From: Salpingoeca rosetta
Taxonomy: Eukaryota; Protista; Choanoflagellata
DNA: 47,395 nucleotides
Assembly (NCBI GenBank): GCA_033442325.1
Contig: JAWQFM010000020.1
Span: 1,040,564-1,087,958, forward strand
Direction: 5' to 3'
This document shows, in pieces, positions 1 through 17,899 of this stretch. Both the position numbers and the translations under genes were made by a program. Below the pieces are notes generated by a model, which saw only the letters and a list, made by a program, of their open reading frames with translations, did not search any database and was not told the DNA's origin. Each line of letters starts with the position of its first letter. Positions within the stretch are counted from its first letter, which is position 1.

Positions 1-37
1 GAAGAAGAAGAAGAAGAAGAAGAAGAAGAAGAAGAAG

Positions 38-123
<86 letters not shown>

Positions 124-178
124 CTAAACAACAACAACAACAACAACAACTAAACAACAACAACAACTAAACAACAAC

Positions 179-218
<40 letters not shown>

Positions 219-220
219 CT

Positions 221-266
<46 letters not shown>

Positions 267-268
267 CT

Positions 269-302
<34 letters not shown>

Positions 303-303
303 C
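1..303 (+). repeat. Intronic compound microsatellite (GAA)n then (AAC)n with CTAAA/CTTAAA interruptions
   Basis: Read directly from the sequence. Confidence 0.95.
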
Positions 304-1397
304 TTTCAAAACGAAACCGAAAACTAAGGCATGCAGCGAACCTGTGCAGGCCTGGGTGGTGTTGAAGTCCAATTGCCAGGCAATATCGCGGCCGCTCATG
401 TTGAATGCGCGCACACCGGAGGGCTCCGTGAACACAACCAGTTCGTCTGATGGCCAACACAGCACGAGCACGGGGACAAACGAGACGTGGAGGGGAGAGA
501 CAAAGATGCAGGGGCGTGATGAATGCGGCATGTGAGCAGGAATAAAATACTGTGATGTGAGTGCTTGTGTATGTGTATGTGTATGTGTATGTGTGTATGT
601 GTGTGTGTGTGTATGTGCATGTGCATGTGCATGTGTATGTATGTAAATGTGCATGTGTGTACATGTGTGTATGTGCATGTGCATGTGTTTGTGAATATGA
701 ATCAACCCCAAAACGCCAGCAACACAGCTTGACGCGTGACAGCAAAACTACGCGGTGCGTGCGTGCGTACCGAGGATGACTGGGCCGCTTGTGCGGGATG
801 TCAAAATGCGATCTGAACAGCACAGCACGATGAGAGCAAAGGCAATTTGATGCATGAGCAGTATCAAACGAAAGCCGCTTTGGCAAAGCAGGTACACGCG
901 TCGACAGATGGACACAGGCGCCAACACATCACCACACACATCACCACACACATCACCGCACACACACACACACACACACGGTGCCATTCACCTTGAGCTT
1001 GCATGGTCCAAAGGGAGGCGGACAACAGGCGCGTGTATGCGCGGATTTCCGAGTCAGTGACTGCAAGGACAGCATCTGACGTCATCAGGAATGATGAAAC
1101 GCGGCCTGGGATGACTCGATCGCGACGGACGGCGCGAATGTCCGAGCTGTCCTCCTGCTCCCAAAATAGGGGCGCATTCGTGTTTTGCTCGTTGGCCAGC
1201 GCGTGTGTTGATCGCAGGAAATCGGTCGTGTTGGGGCACGTGCTCACAGCAGGGCCTGCATGCGTGTGAATGGGCGTGCACGTGTGTGTTGGGGGATCAA
1301 CGGAACTCTGCGAGGAGAACATCAGCAGCACACACAAGTATAAACACACACAAGTATAAACACACACAAGTATAAACACACACAAGTATAAACACAC

Positions 1398-1477
<80 letters not shown>

Positions 1478-1914
1478 GCTCCCTCGCTTGACTTACGGAC
1501 GGTGAGGGTGATGAGGGGAGCAGGTGCATTTCCGAGCGGCGAAAATGCCTCGCACGAGTACACGCCAAAGTCGTTAAAGTCGACACGCCTGAATCGAAGG
1601 ATGGAGGTGAGGGCGCCTTGGTCGGCCTGCACGGGGGTGGTGCTGCCTTGCAGCCGCCACACAATGAGGGGCAGCGGGTATCCCGTGAACGTGCACTGCA
1701 GCGAACTGGTGTGCCATAAATTGCGGGGGCCGGGTGTAATGTGTGAGATGAGCGTCGTGGTGGTGGTGGTGGTGGTGGTGGTGGGAGGTGTGAGAATGAT
1801 CGCTGCTTGGGATCACTGCGTGCGATGGCGTGCGACAGAGCTGCTATGGATGCACACATGTCGGGCGCTACACAGAGCTACGCACGTAGTTATGCTACAC
1901 TACACTACACTACA

Positions 1915-1959
<45 letters not shown>

Positions 1960-3051
1960 GAGGGTGAGCTTACACATCATCGCCCTCCGAGGTCACGACG
2001 TCGAGCCTGCTGATGGCTGTGAGGCGCGGGCGGTCCGTTACATACACATCGAATCGGCAAATGGCGACATTTCCCGACACGTCCACAGCGCGCGCCTCAA
2101 CCTCGTGGGCGCCGAGTGGCAGCCGCGTGTTGTTCGCAATGTTGTAGGTCACCTGATGGGGTGGCAAGCCAGCACGCGTGCGTGGGAGTGTGCATGGAGT
2201 GAGCAAATGTGAGTGCGAGCAGAACTTGCGTATGCTTGAGCGTGTGTGTGTGTTTGTGTTTGTGTCTGTGTTTGTGTTTGTGTGTGTGTGTGAATGAATG
2301 CGTCATCATCGTGTGTGATTGCGAGCAATGTTGACACGTCGAATGGGGACACACTGCCTGGCGTACAACACCAACGCGAGTGCCAACAAACCAGCATCGT
2401 GCATGCGTGTGGGGTTGGCACCTGGGGCGTGTTGCGCGGGGCCGGGGTCTCGCGATCAAGAGCGGTGATGTCCGGCAGCACGAGCAGCGCCGTCAGGTCG
2501 CCCTCTGCCTCCAGCGTGATGTTGTCGACGCAGTTGCTTAGCACAGGCGGGGTCGTGTCCACGCCGCGGATGAGCGTGGTGCACGTGGCGCTGTTGTCGT
2601 TTGAGTCGACGGCCGCCACGGTGGCCAGAGCAGTTTCGTTCACTGCCAACTGCGCGGTAACGGGCACATCAACAGACGCCAGCACCCCGTTGTCGGTGAT
2701 GTTGGGGAAGGGGATGGCAACAGCACTTGTTGGGGCGCCAATGACGCTGCCGTTGTACGCAGCGGGGCACACAATGGTTGGTGGCGTGACATCGACCACG
2801 GTGAACGTGTTCGTGCAGTCCAAGTCAGCGGTGATTGGGGATGTGTCTGTGGCAAGCGGGCCGGGCGACAGCGCAATGTTCGACAGCGCCCGCATCTGGG
2901 TAATTTGGGGCAGAAGGGGAGAAGGGAAGATGAAATGTGCACGGGCGGCGGCGGTGGTGGTGGCCATGATGGTGTGGCGGTGGTAAGGAAGAAATGACCT
3001 GTTGCCGTTGAAAGAAGGCCAAGCACACACATCACACACACACACATACAC

Positions 3052-3087
<36 letters not shown>

Positions 3088-4251
3088 ATACACACACGCA
3101 CACATGCACACACACGCACGCATGCACACATGCGCGCGCAGAACATACGATGGTGTCATTGACGGCCAGGTAGATTGTGCTCGCGGCATTGGTCACGAGG
3201 TTGTAAACAACGGTACTGGAACCCGTGTCAACCTGTGTCAGGCGCTTGATGGTGATTGCCCCCTCCACCACGTCCTGCACAGTGAAGGGCGAGCCTGGCA
3301 TCAAACTACCCGGGGTGATGGCGCTGACACGCGTCTCTGCGGTGGTGCCAAGCTGGCTTGGTTCGGTCACAAACAGTGACCCCTGGACACCGGTGACAGC
3401 AGTTGGAGGAATGAAGCGGCCTTGCGCCAGCAGCGGGGCCAGCAGTATCAACAAGGCATCCTGCACCGTCAGCTCTGTGTCGTCGACACCAATGCGGCGC
3501 GAAGGTATGCTGCTAGACGGCGCGCAGAACACCGAGAGGTCACCCAGGATGCTGGCATCGAGCGAACCCTGCATGCAGTGACCAGCATGAACACCATGGC
3601 GCGGTGCCGTGTTACGACATAAGAGCAAGTGTATGTGTGTGTGTGTGTGTTTGTGTGCGTGTGTTTGTGTTTGTGTGTGTTTGTGTGCGTGTTTGTGTGC
3701 GTGTGTGCGTGTGCGTGTGTCAGAGCTGCAGTGATGACACAGGACATGGTCATGACATCATCGTTGACACATGACAGACGCCACACATCACACATCACAC
3801 ATCACATATCACGTATCACACATCACATATCACATTACGTCACAAGCAACCACGCGCACAATGTACGGTTCGAAATTATTGTGGCAAGTGCTGATGGGCG
3901 TGAGCATGAGCAGTTGACATGTGAGTTGTTCTGGTGGGAACGCCGCAGGCAGGCACGCACGCACCGAGGTCAGCGGCAAGGTTAGCTGCGACTGTGTTTG
4001 AACGGTGGCCGATGCGTTTCCGGCACAGCTGCTGCTGGTGTTGAACAGGCTGATTTGCAGCGTCGTCTCCTCTGGAAACACGACGCTGATGGAAGACTGG
4101 GGGTTGCTGAACGAGGTCAAGTCCACGCATGTACCGTCAAGGACGGGCGAGCAGTTGTCTGGGCCCTGACACAGCAACGCGATGCGGTTCGCGCTCGACA
4201 ACGGCGCCTCTGTTGGTGTGTGTGTGTATGTGTGTGTGTGTGTATGTGTGT

Positions 4252-4296
<45 letters not shown>

Positions 4297-4538
4297 TGTG
4301 TGTGTGTGTGCGTGTGTGATTTTGTGTGCGTCAGTGTTTGCATGAGAACATGTGCGGTTGAGTTAGCTGCAAATTTTGGCTGCTGGGCTCTCTCACGCAT
4401 GCAGCTTTGCCCTCTTTGCATGCCAGGCGCCAGGAGCTCACCGCTGAGGAGGATGGCCAGCACCGCAGCCACAGCAACAACGCCCCTGCTACGCCAGTGT
4501 GAGCAGCACGTTCCAGATTGCCGCCGCCTGCTCATCAT
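1..4538 (-). CDS. Multi-exon secreted/cell-surface protein: signal peptide, CSPG/Cadherin_3-like module, HYR repeats, I-set Ig domain, PQQ-like beta-propeller; 3' end lies beyond the window
   Basis: Phase-compatible GT-AG exons at about 4538-4442, 4210-3839, 3569-3148, 2896-2422, 2152-1974, 1705-1497, 1256-993, 812-771 and 447-343. N-terminus MMSRRR...[21 protein letters not shown] is a hydrophobic signal peptide. HYR motifs: [12 protein letters not shown]...[12 protein letters not shown] and [11 protein letters not shown]...[17 protein letters not shown]. Ig: [17 protein letters not shown]...DFGVYSCEA. Confidence 0.75.
1329..1472 (+). repeat. 16-bp minisatellite (CACACACAAGTATAAA) x4 merging into (CA)n
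   Basis: Read directly; intronic. Confidence 0.9.
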
Positions 4539-4788
4539 CGGCGTCAGCAGCACAAACAAAGCTCCAGCAGCTGGAGAAAGGCAAAATTGACTTTCAATTC
4601 ATTTCATCAAGTCAAATTTGTCCTGCACACACACAACGCTGCTTACTCGAGTGGCGTTGGTGTTGTTGACATTTGGGCTGCTGCTTGGAGCTGGCGAGAC
4701 ATCATCATAGTAGTGCAGCCAAGGCTGAGTTGACATTGAGTTCCCGTCAAGCGAGCTGAGCGGTGAGCTGTGAGTTGTGAGCTGGACG
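4539..4788. promoter_or_regulatory. Short bidirectional promoter between the HYR/Ig gene and the transporter
   Basis: Divergent ATGs 250 bp apart; AT-rich patch at 4583-4620; GTTGACATT twice (4665 and 4729). Confidence 0.5.
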
Positions 4789-9953
<5,165 letters not shown>

Positions 9954-10727
9954 CACACACACACACACATAACACACACATAACACACACACACACAAGC
10001 TGCTCGTGCATGTGTGTGTATGTACTCGTGTGTGCGTGTGTGTATGCCCGTGTGTGTGTATGCCCGTGTGTGTTTGTGTGTGTATCCTTACCGCTCGCGC
10101 TAACAACGAAACGAACAGCGTTCACTGTTGTTGATCTGACTCGCATCCTTTATTTGACAAATTCAGATGCCTCCCCCCCCCCCCCCCACGCTTTTAGTTT
10201 TTTGCCTTTTTGTCACGGAGTGCCCATGATCCATTGCGTCATTTCACTCTTTCACTCGTCAAAGTTGCGCAATTCGCAGTCTTCTTCTGAATCCTTTTCA
10301 TTCTGTTCCCAGCTGGCTCTGCCATTCCCCCTAAACACCCCGTCATGTTTTGCTACATGTTTTCGCTTGCCCCGCTTTCCTTATCGCACAGTTGATTCAT
10401 GTCCCCCCTCTCATGACCTATTGTTTGTTGCAGGTGTTTTTCACTGTAAACGCAATGTACGTGATGTGGTGTGAGTGACACTCGTGCTGCGCTTGTGCTT
10501 TCTTCTGTTTGTGAAGTATTTTGTTCCTCTCGCGCGGTTCACTTCACTCGAGTCCGTACATGCATGCACGCATGTGTGAATGTACTGAACCCCACCCTCT
10601 TGTCATTTGTTGATTGCTTAGTTGTGACGTGACATGACTGCACTCGTTTAAGTTACAACAATAAAACCACCCGTCCCCTTGCTTTCTTTCATGCATGAGC
10701 ACACCAAACAGCGACGTGCCAGCAGAG

Positions 10728-10831
<104 letters not shown>

Positions 10832-10851
10832 ACCCTCGCCCTTGGTGTGAC

Positions 10852-10970
10852 TCACGCCACACAACCCAGCGCCTCCGTGATGATGGCTGGGGCACTGATG
10901 GTGCTGGCAAGCATGCACACGTTGAACTGAATCGGCGATACGATGCTGGGGAACACCATCGCATCTAGGG

Positions 10971-11051
<81 letters not shown>

Positions 11052-11318
11052 TGGGACAGTTGTCATTGTGAGCAGATGTGAACAGGCATTGCAAATGGTG
11101 CACATTAGAGTTACACACGCGCGCAAGCAAACGCGTTCCCTCCACCGTGCTTTCCTCATGCTCATCTCACCTCGCAGCACGTATGCAACTTGCTGCTCCC
11201 ACAGATCAGGTGCAGTGAACAGGTACGCGCGGAAGTTGAACCTGTTGGCAAGAAGTGCAAGCAAACATCGTAGGGTTGAGGACAAGAGTGGCCACGCGCA
11301 TGAACGCAGCAACCTTCC

Positions 11319-11370
<52 letters not shown>

Positions 11371-11620
11371 ACTACGGCGCGCAAGGGAGGACAAAGCAGT
11401 CGTAGTTGGCATTCGCCTCACGTGTATCGACGGCTGATGTCCGCCTTGACGGATTCGAGCAACTCAGCACGCGTGGGAGGCAGTACACCTGATGATGGCG
11501 GTGGCAATTGTGATAATGATGTACATGTGAGGTGATGGGTGCACGGGGTGTGAGGTGAGCATGTGACGTGAGCAGCATCCGCACTTCCACGCGCGGAGAA
11601 ATGACGAAGTACATGTGCGA

Positions 11621-11697
<77 letters not shown>

Positions 11698-11854
11698 CAC
11701 GCTGAGTGGCCACTCACGCTTTTGGTCTGGCCACTGCTGAACCCTGAAGCGAACCGTCAATTCCATCACGGACCCTGAGTAAGAAGCAGCATACGCCTGA
11801 GCACACGAAGACATACGCGTGCATTTGTCCGTGCGTATTTGTGCATTGAACAAT

Positions 11855-11892
<38 letters not shown>

Positions 11893-12569
11893 GATGTGTT
11901 GGGAATGCACGGCTGCGCTCACCTTCATGTTGCTGTTCTGCGCTGACGTCCCTTGCGTGGACAGCCTGATGACAACCACGAAACAGCAACACAACAATGA
12001 GCTTGACATTACATTGCCTCGCATAAATACACACACACTCTCTCATACCATAATACACTCACACGATCACACACCCCTCCACACTGCAGTGCACCTTGAC
12101 GGCGTGCATGGCGGAATCTGTGTCCAGAACGACTACGGTCCCCCCGATGGCCGGCACAGACACGCACTGATGATGATGATGGTGGTGGTGGTGACAGGTG
12201 GTGGTGGTGAGTGAGTGATAGCAGTGCAGTGAACATACATCACTGCACACGTAATATGCAAACAGGACGTACAAGCAGTATAAGCAGCTGTACCAACAAA
12301 GCAGCAGCAGCACCACCAGCACCACCAGCAGCAGGAGGTGAAGTTCCCACCTGCTCACGTGGTCCGAGATTGCAGACCACAAACTCGTGCGTGTGTTTCG
12401 TGTCAACAGCAGTGGTGCTGAGGGGAAGAAACACTTTGGCAGAAATCGTTGGCTGGCGCACAAGCGTGTGCAGTCCCAGATGGTGGCTTGCCACCACAAT
12501 GTGCTGCACAAATGAAACAGAACCAGAGAGCGTCAACGAGAAGCCACACATCGGCTCTGTGTGTGTGTG

Positions 12570-12654
<85 letters not shown>

Positions 12655-14040
12655 ACGTATCTGTGCATGTGTGCGTGTTGAGAGCGAACACCTACAGCAA
12701 GAAAAAAAAAAGAAGCAGTCATGGTGTGCACGATCACCGGCAACTGTTCTCACCTCTGGTGCATCGCCATCACGCGTGCGCATGTGCGGTGTCGTCGTGT
12801 GGAATGGAACCTGGTGACGATTGGTGGGGGAGAGATGTGTGATGGATGGCCGCGTGTGAGTGTTTGCGTTCAAGGGGTTGATGAAGGACAGTGGTACGGC
12901 TGTCGTGCACACACTCAATGCTGCAAACGCTCTTCGCGCGATCCCACCTCTGTGTTGTCACCGAGGATACGAAGAGCAATGTTTTCGGGAACGATGGCTG
13001 GGCCCTGTGCCACTGAAGCTGCAAGCTTCTGCAAGTACTGCACACACGCGTGCTGCGGTGTGTTTGCATTGCCAAACTGTTTCAGCACTCTCGGTCCCTG
13101 GGTCCTGTTACGCAGCTGTTAGCAAGAGCACATGAGTGAACGCGGTCGGGATGCACATGTGGGAGCCACAATGGGCGCACAATGTCTGACGTTTCAAACA
13201 TGAGCAATGGCGCACGAGCATGACATGTATGACGTGCGCACAAGCACAAATATGCACACACATGCACGCACACATGCACACACACACGCACACACGCATG
13301 CACGCACACATGCACACACACGCACACAGAGCAGAAACGCAACGCACCACGTCGACTGGAGCGGTGTGGTGGGAGAGCCCGCCGGTCCAGAGATAGTGGT
13401 CGAGAGCCATTGCGGGCCAGCCACGGAGATTTCCCTCAACGCCCCTGTTGCTGAAGTCGAGAAAGCTTCCTTGCACTGCCTGGCTTCTCAAGCTGCGGTC
13501 AGCATCCACCATGTCTCGGCACTCTGACAACAGCGAGCTGTCAATGTCAGTAACGTCCTGTTCGACGGCAGTGGCACCGGTGAGCTTGCTCCTGAAGTAA
13601 TGCCGATGATCCCAGCGTTGGGTCGACGAGGTGTACCTCTTGCTGCTCTCACTTCCACACCCGTCGTCCGTTTCACAGCTGCGATCAGCCTCCTTTCCCT
13701 CACCAGCACCATTACCACCACCAGCACCATTACCACCACCAGCAGCATCAACTTTACCACCAGCATCACCATCGCCACCACCCTCAGCACCAGTGTCAGC
13801 TTCGTGCAGTGGAGCGGTCCAGATGTGGATGCTGTGGTTGGCGCCCCTGAGCGGCAGGCCTGCGAGCCGGCGGTTGCGCCCGGCAACGTGCAGGCGCATG
13901 GCCACGGCATCTGTGAGCGCCACCAGGCGATGTGCCACGGTGCCGGCGTCCTTGACATCTGCAGGCTCGTAGAACGTGCTCACCCACAGCACACCAAACA
14001 GCACCAGCGCCAACAGTGGCTTGTCCACCACACTCATCAT
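10852..14040 (-). CDS. Hypothetical protein with N-terminal signal anchor (type II membrane or secreted), function unknown
   Basis: Long first exon MMSVVDKPLLALVLFGVLWVSTFYEP... with a Gly-rich stem, ending at a GTGCGT donor near 13347. Further exons near 13095-12945, 12810-12755, 12556-12351, 12165-12090, 11950-11922, 11797-11718, 11315-11170 and 10965-10852 (…TEALGCVA*). Some exon junctions are uncertain. Confidence 0.55.
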
Positions 14041-14436
14041 CTTCGGTGCGCCTGAATTCAGTCTTGCGCAAAAGTGAAGCCTGAATTCAGTTCTCTCAAC
14101 TGCATTCAGTTTGTTTGCTGGGTTGCCAAGAAGAAGAAGCTGACCAAGCGAAGCAGGCGAACAGAGGAAAGACAGCAAGCAAGCACAGCACAGGGACGAT
14201 GTGGCACACGAGAGCAGCGAGGCCGCCATGGGTGGAGACACCCCGTGATCGCGCACAGGACACAGCAAAGCTGCAAGTCTCCGGCAGACCTTCCACAATG
14301 GAGCGCAGAGCACAGTCTCCCAGGTGTGTGTGTGTGTTTGTGTGTGTGTTTGTGTGTATGTGTGTGTGCTTGTACTGCTCTCGCTTTGCGGTGGTTCATC
14401 TACGCTGAGAGTTGTCGTGCCACAACAAGAACGAGA
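14041..14436. promoter_or_regulatory. Bidirectional promoter with two CTGAATTCAG palindromes and an RFX-type GTTGCCA site at 14122-14128
   Basis: Divergent ATGs about 400 bp apart; motifs read directly at 14052-14061, 14081-14090 and 14122-14135. Confidence 0.55.
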
Positions 14437-15213
14437 ATGAGGAACGAGGACGATCCTGCTTGCCAACAAGCAACACATTCCGGTACAGCACACACACACA
14501 CACGCACACACACACGCACACACGCACATACACTCACATACTCTCTCTCATGCAGGAAGCAAGACTATCGGCGAAAGGTGTCGCAGCCTGACTCGGCAGA
14601 AGGCAGGAATCCATATGGAGAAGAGGCTGTGCAACAGGAGATTGCGAATCTGGAGGCGCAAGCACAGCTGCTGGAGCGCGCTGGGGAGGCGGCGGAGAAG
14701 AAGCGAGACTTTGCATCGGCAGAGAAACACTTCCTCGAAGCCGCACGGCTCATGGGCGAGGCGCAGGGGCTTAAGCGGCGATCGTTCAACCCGTCCGCAG
14801 AGGAAACCACATCGTACAAGAAGCGAGGAGGCCGCGGAGGAAGAGGCGGAGCACACCATGCGCACACACAGGGCGCAAGAGGAAGGGGGTGGAACAGCCA
14901 CGATGGCGCTGACGACAATGAGCGAGATGACGAGGTCATCCGCGGCCGCCGTGGCCGTGGTGGCACTGGCGGTGGTGGACATCACCAGCAGCAGCGGCAT
15001 CGCGATGACCAAGATGACGAGGACGACGAATACGCAGAGGAAGACGACGACGTCGACCAACTGGGTATGAATTGTTGTGCGTATGAGAGAGATAGAGGGT
15101 GTGTGTCTGTGTCTGTGTCTGTGTGTCTGTGTGTGCTTGCATGTCTGTGTGTGTGTGTGCTTGCATGTCTGTGTGTGTGTGCTTGCATGTCTGTGTGTGT
15201 GTGCTTGCATGTG

Positions 15214-15245
<32 letters not shown>

Positions 15246-15521
15246 CGCCCGTCCGTCCGTCCACCAGTTTGTCCACCAGTTTGTCCGTCCGTCCGTCGGT
15301 TTGTTTGTTCGGTTCCTCTCTCGTGGTCGAAACATATGTGCAATCAAGAAGCAGCACGCTGACCTTCCCCCTCCCCTGCACCTGCTCATGGATTGTTGCA
15401 GACTACAAGTTGAATCGCACCCTTGGCAAGACACTCATGTCACATCGCGATATGCACACACGCCGCGAAATCGTGTCGGCTGACCAACAGCTGCTGGTGC
15501 GTGTGTCTGTATGCGTGTGTG

Positions 15522-15563
<42 letters not shown>

Positions 15564-15913
15564 CGTGTGTGTGTGTGTTGTTATTTGCGTGTTTGCAAGT
15601 GTGTGCTGCGACCTTTTACTCCTCTCTTTCAAATCCACCATCCCAATCCATCCTCACGCTTGCTCACATTGCATCACACCTGCATCACCGGCCACCACAG
15701 GATGTGCTTGGCTGGTCGGAGGCGAAGCGAGAACGCATGCTTAGCGCGTTCCGGGCCATCACATCATCTCCCCACATGACCTTCCACCACTTTGCCGCAT
15801 TTCTCTCCACGCAAGGCGTGTCCCTCAAGTTTGCTGTTCCGCTCTTCCGCGCGTTTGATCGCAGGCAGCACGGTGGGTTGTTGCGGCTACTTGTGTGTGT
15901 GTCTTTGTGTGTG

Positions 15914-15958
<45 letters not shown>

Positions 15959-16016
15959 CTGCCTCTGTGTGTGTGTGTGTGTGCCTGCCTCTGTGTGTGT
16001 GTGTGTGTGTGCCTGC

Positions 16017-16050
<34 letters not shown>

Positions 16051-16576
16051 CTGTCTATCTGCCTGTCTGTTTGTCTGTCAGTCTGTCTGCCTGCGTGTAT
16101 CCCTGGATGACATTGACCCTTCGTACGCGCGCCACCCTTCCCCTTGACGACGCCCCCCCCCTCCAATGATATCAGGCACGTGGCTGTCGGATGGAGACTT
16201 TCTTATTGGCATTGGTGCGTGCGCGCGCAACACGCCCCACTCTGGCGGGTGGCTGCGCGTGCGGCTTGGCTTTATCTTCCGCTACTTCTCCAGCAACGGC
16301 AAGACCATGACCGCCGACCAGCTGCAGACATTCGTGGACGAGTGCTGTGCTGCTGATCCACGCATCACGCTGCGCCTCCCTAACCCGCCGGGCGCAACCC
16401 AGCGCGTGCACATGAGCCGGTCGATGGCTGCCAAGCAGACGGTGACGCCTGCGCGGCTGGTGGAGCACCTGATGGGCGGACGACACGCGATGTCGCAGTC
16501 GGAGTTTGTGTCGCTCGGTCTCAACCGCTCGCTTCCAGACTGCACCAACGTCTGCCGTTTCAACCTTGGCGCATAG
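14437..16576 (+). CDS. Protein with a MIT/TPR-like helical hairpin, a low-complexity RGG/acidic linker and a degenerate EF-hand (calcineurin-B-like) C-terminal domain
   Basis: Exons about 14437-14482, 14556-15064, 15402-15496, 15701-15871 and 16175-16576. Motifs: [31 protein letters not shown]; [26 protein letters not shown]...[29 protein letters not shown]. The start codon is uncertain. Confidence 0.65.
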
Positions 16577-16767
16577 TTAGTTGTGCCTGCGTATCTCCCT
16601 GTGTCTGTCTTCGTGTGCTGTACGCCTTCGTGTTCCATGACGACCTTCACTTGTCTTTTGAATGTGCTTGCGTGCACACAAACCTTGCACCTTCGTCATC
16701 CGTTACAACACCCCCTGCTGCATTAAACGCACAACCAACCAACCCACCAACCAACCAACCAACGGCG

Positions 16768-16965
16768 ATGGCGAGCCTGAAGGCTGGCGGGAAGCTTGCA
16801 AGCAAAGGCAACGTGGATGGTGTTGCGCGCTGGATTGAGCAACGGGTGAAGCAACACGGCAGCCTCGACGTTGGAGGTGCGTGCAGGGGCTGGGAAAGGA
16901 AGGGGGAGGGGAGGGGGACGTAGTGACACTTGGTCCAACACGCACGCACGCTAACCACGTGCACC

Positions 16966-17021
<56 letters not shown>

Positions 17022-17558
17022 GCCACTGGCGTGCGCAGCGGTGAACGGCAGTGGGGACACCATGCTGCATCTGGCAGCCCGCCATGGCCATGCACGTGTG
17101 CTGGAGCTGCTACTGGCTCAGGGACCAAGCAAGGATGAGGTGAACGCCCGCAACACGGTTGGACACACTCCACTGCACGAGGCAGCATTGTGCAGTGATT
17201 CCACGTGCGTGCAGCTGCTGCTCGCCGCTGGTGCAGACGTGCACATCGCCAAGCACGGTGAGGCCGCATGTTGAGGATTGAAGAGGCAGGTGCTACTTGC
17301 ACTCATGCTCACATTGATACTTGTTAGCTGCGGTGCTCATCAGATGCTCGACCTGTGGCTATGCGCGTGTTTGTTTGCCTGCGCCTGTACTCCCTTGCGT
17401 CGTGTAATCAGCGGACTGGACTGCGCTTCACCTCGCGGCAACAAAGCCAAACGCCAACGCAGTGCAGCAGCTGCTGGCGGCTGGTGCGGATGCCACTCGG
17501 CTCAACAAGGATGGTCAGTGTCAGTGTGTGTATGTGTGTGTGTGTGCGTGTGTGTATC

Positions 17559-17589
<31 letters not shown>

Positions 17590-17800
17590 TCCAACTCAGC
17601 ACATCTTCTCCTGACCTCGCGTGCATGCAGGATGGACGCCAATGCACATTGCATGCAAGACAGGCTGTGAGGATGTCGTACGGGTACTCCATGATGCCTT
17701 CTCGGAAGGTGCTCGTATCCCGTCTCGCACACAGCGCACGCCGCTTATGACAGCAGCAACACACAACCACAACGGCGTGGTGAAGGTGTGTGTGTGTGTG

Positions 17801-17899
<99 letters not shown>

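Noticed and set aside
1-303. Possible telomeric repeat at the window start
   Set aside because: It is (AAC)n/(GAA)n, not TTAGGG-like, and follows a splice donor of a gene that continues leftwards.
1329-1392. CRISPR-like appearance of short direct repeats (also 25027-25105 and 15957-16050)
   Set aside because: The units are head-to-tail without unique spacers, the context is eukaryotic introns, and there are no cas genes; they are minisatellites.
4420-4442. Non-canonical GC-AG first intron in the HYR/Ig gene
   Set aside because: A canonical GTGAGC donor at 4441 gives the same phase and a better signal peptide.
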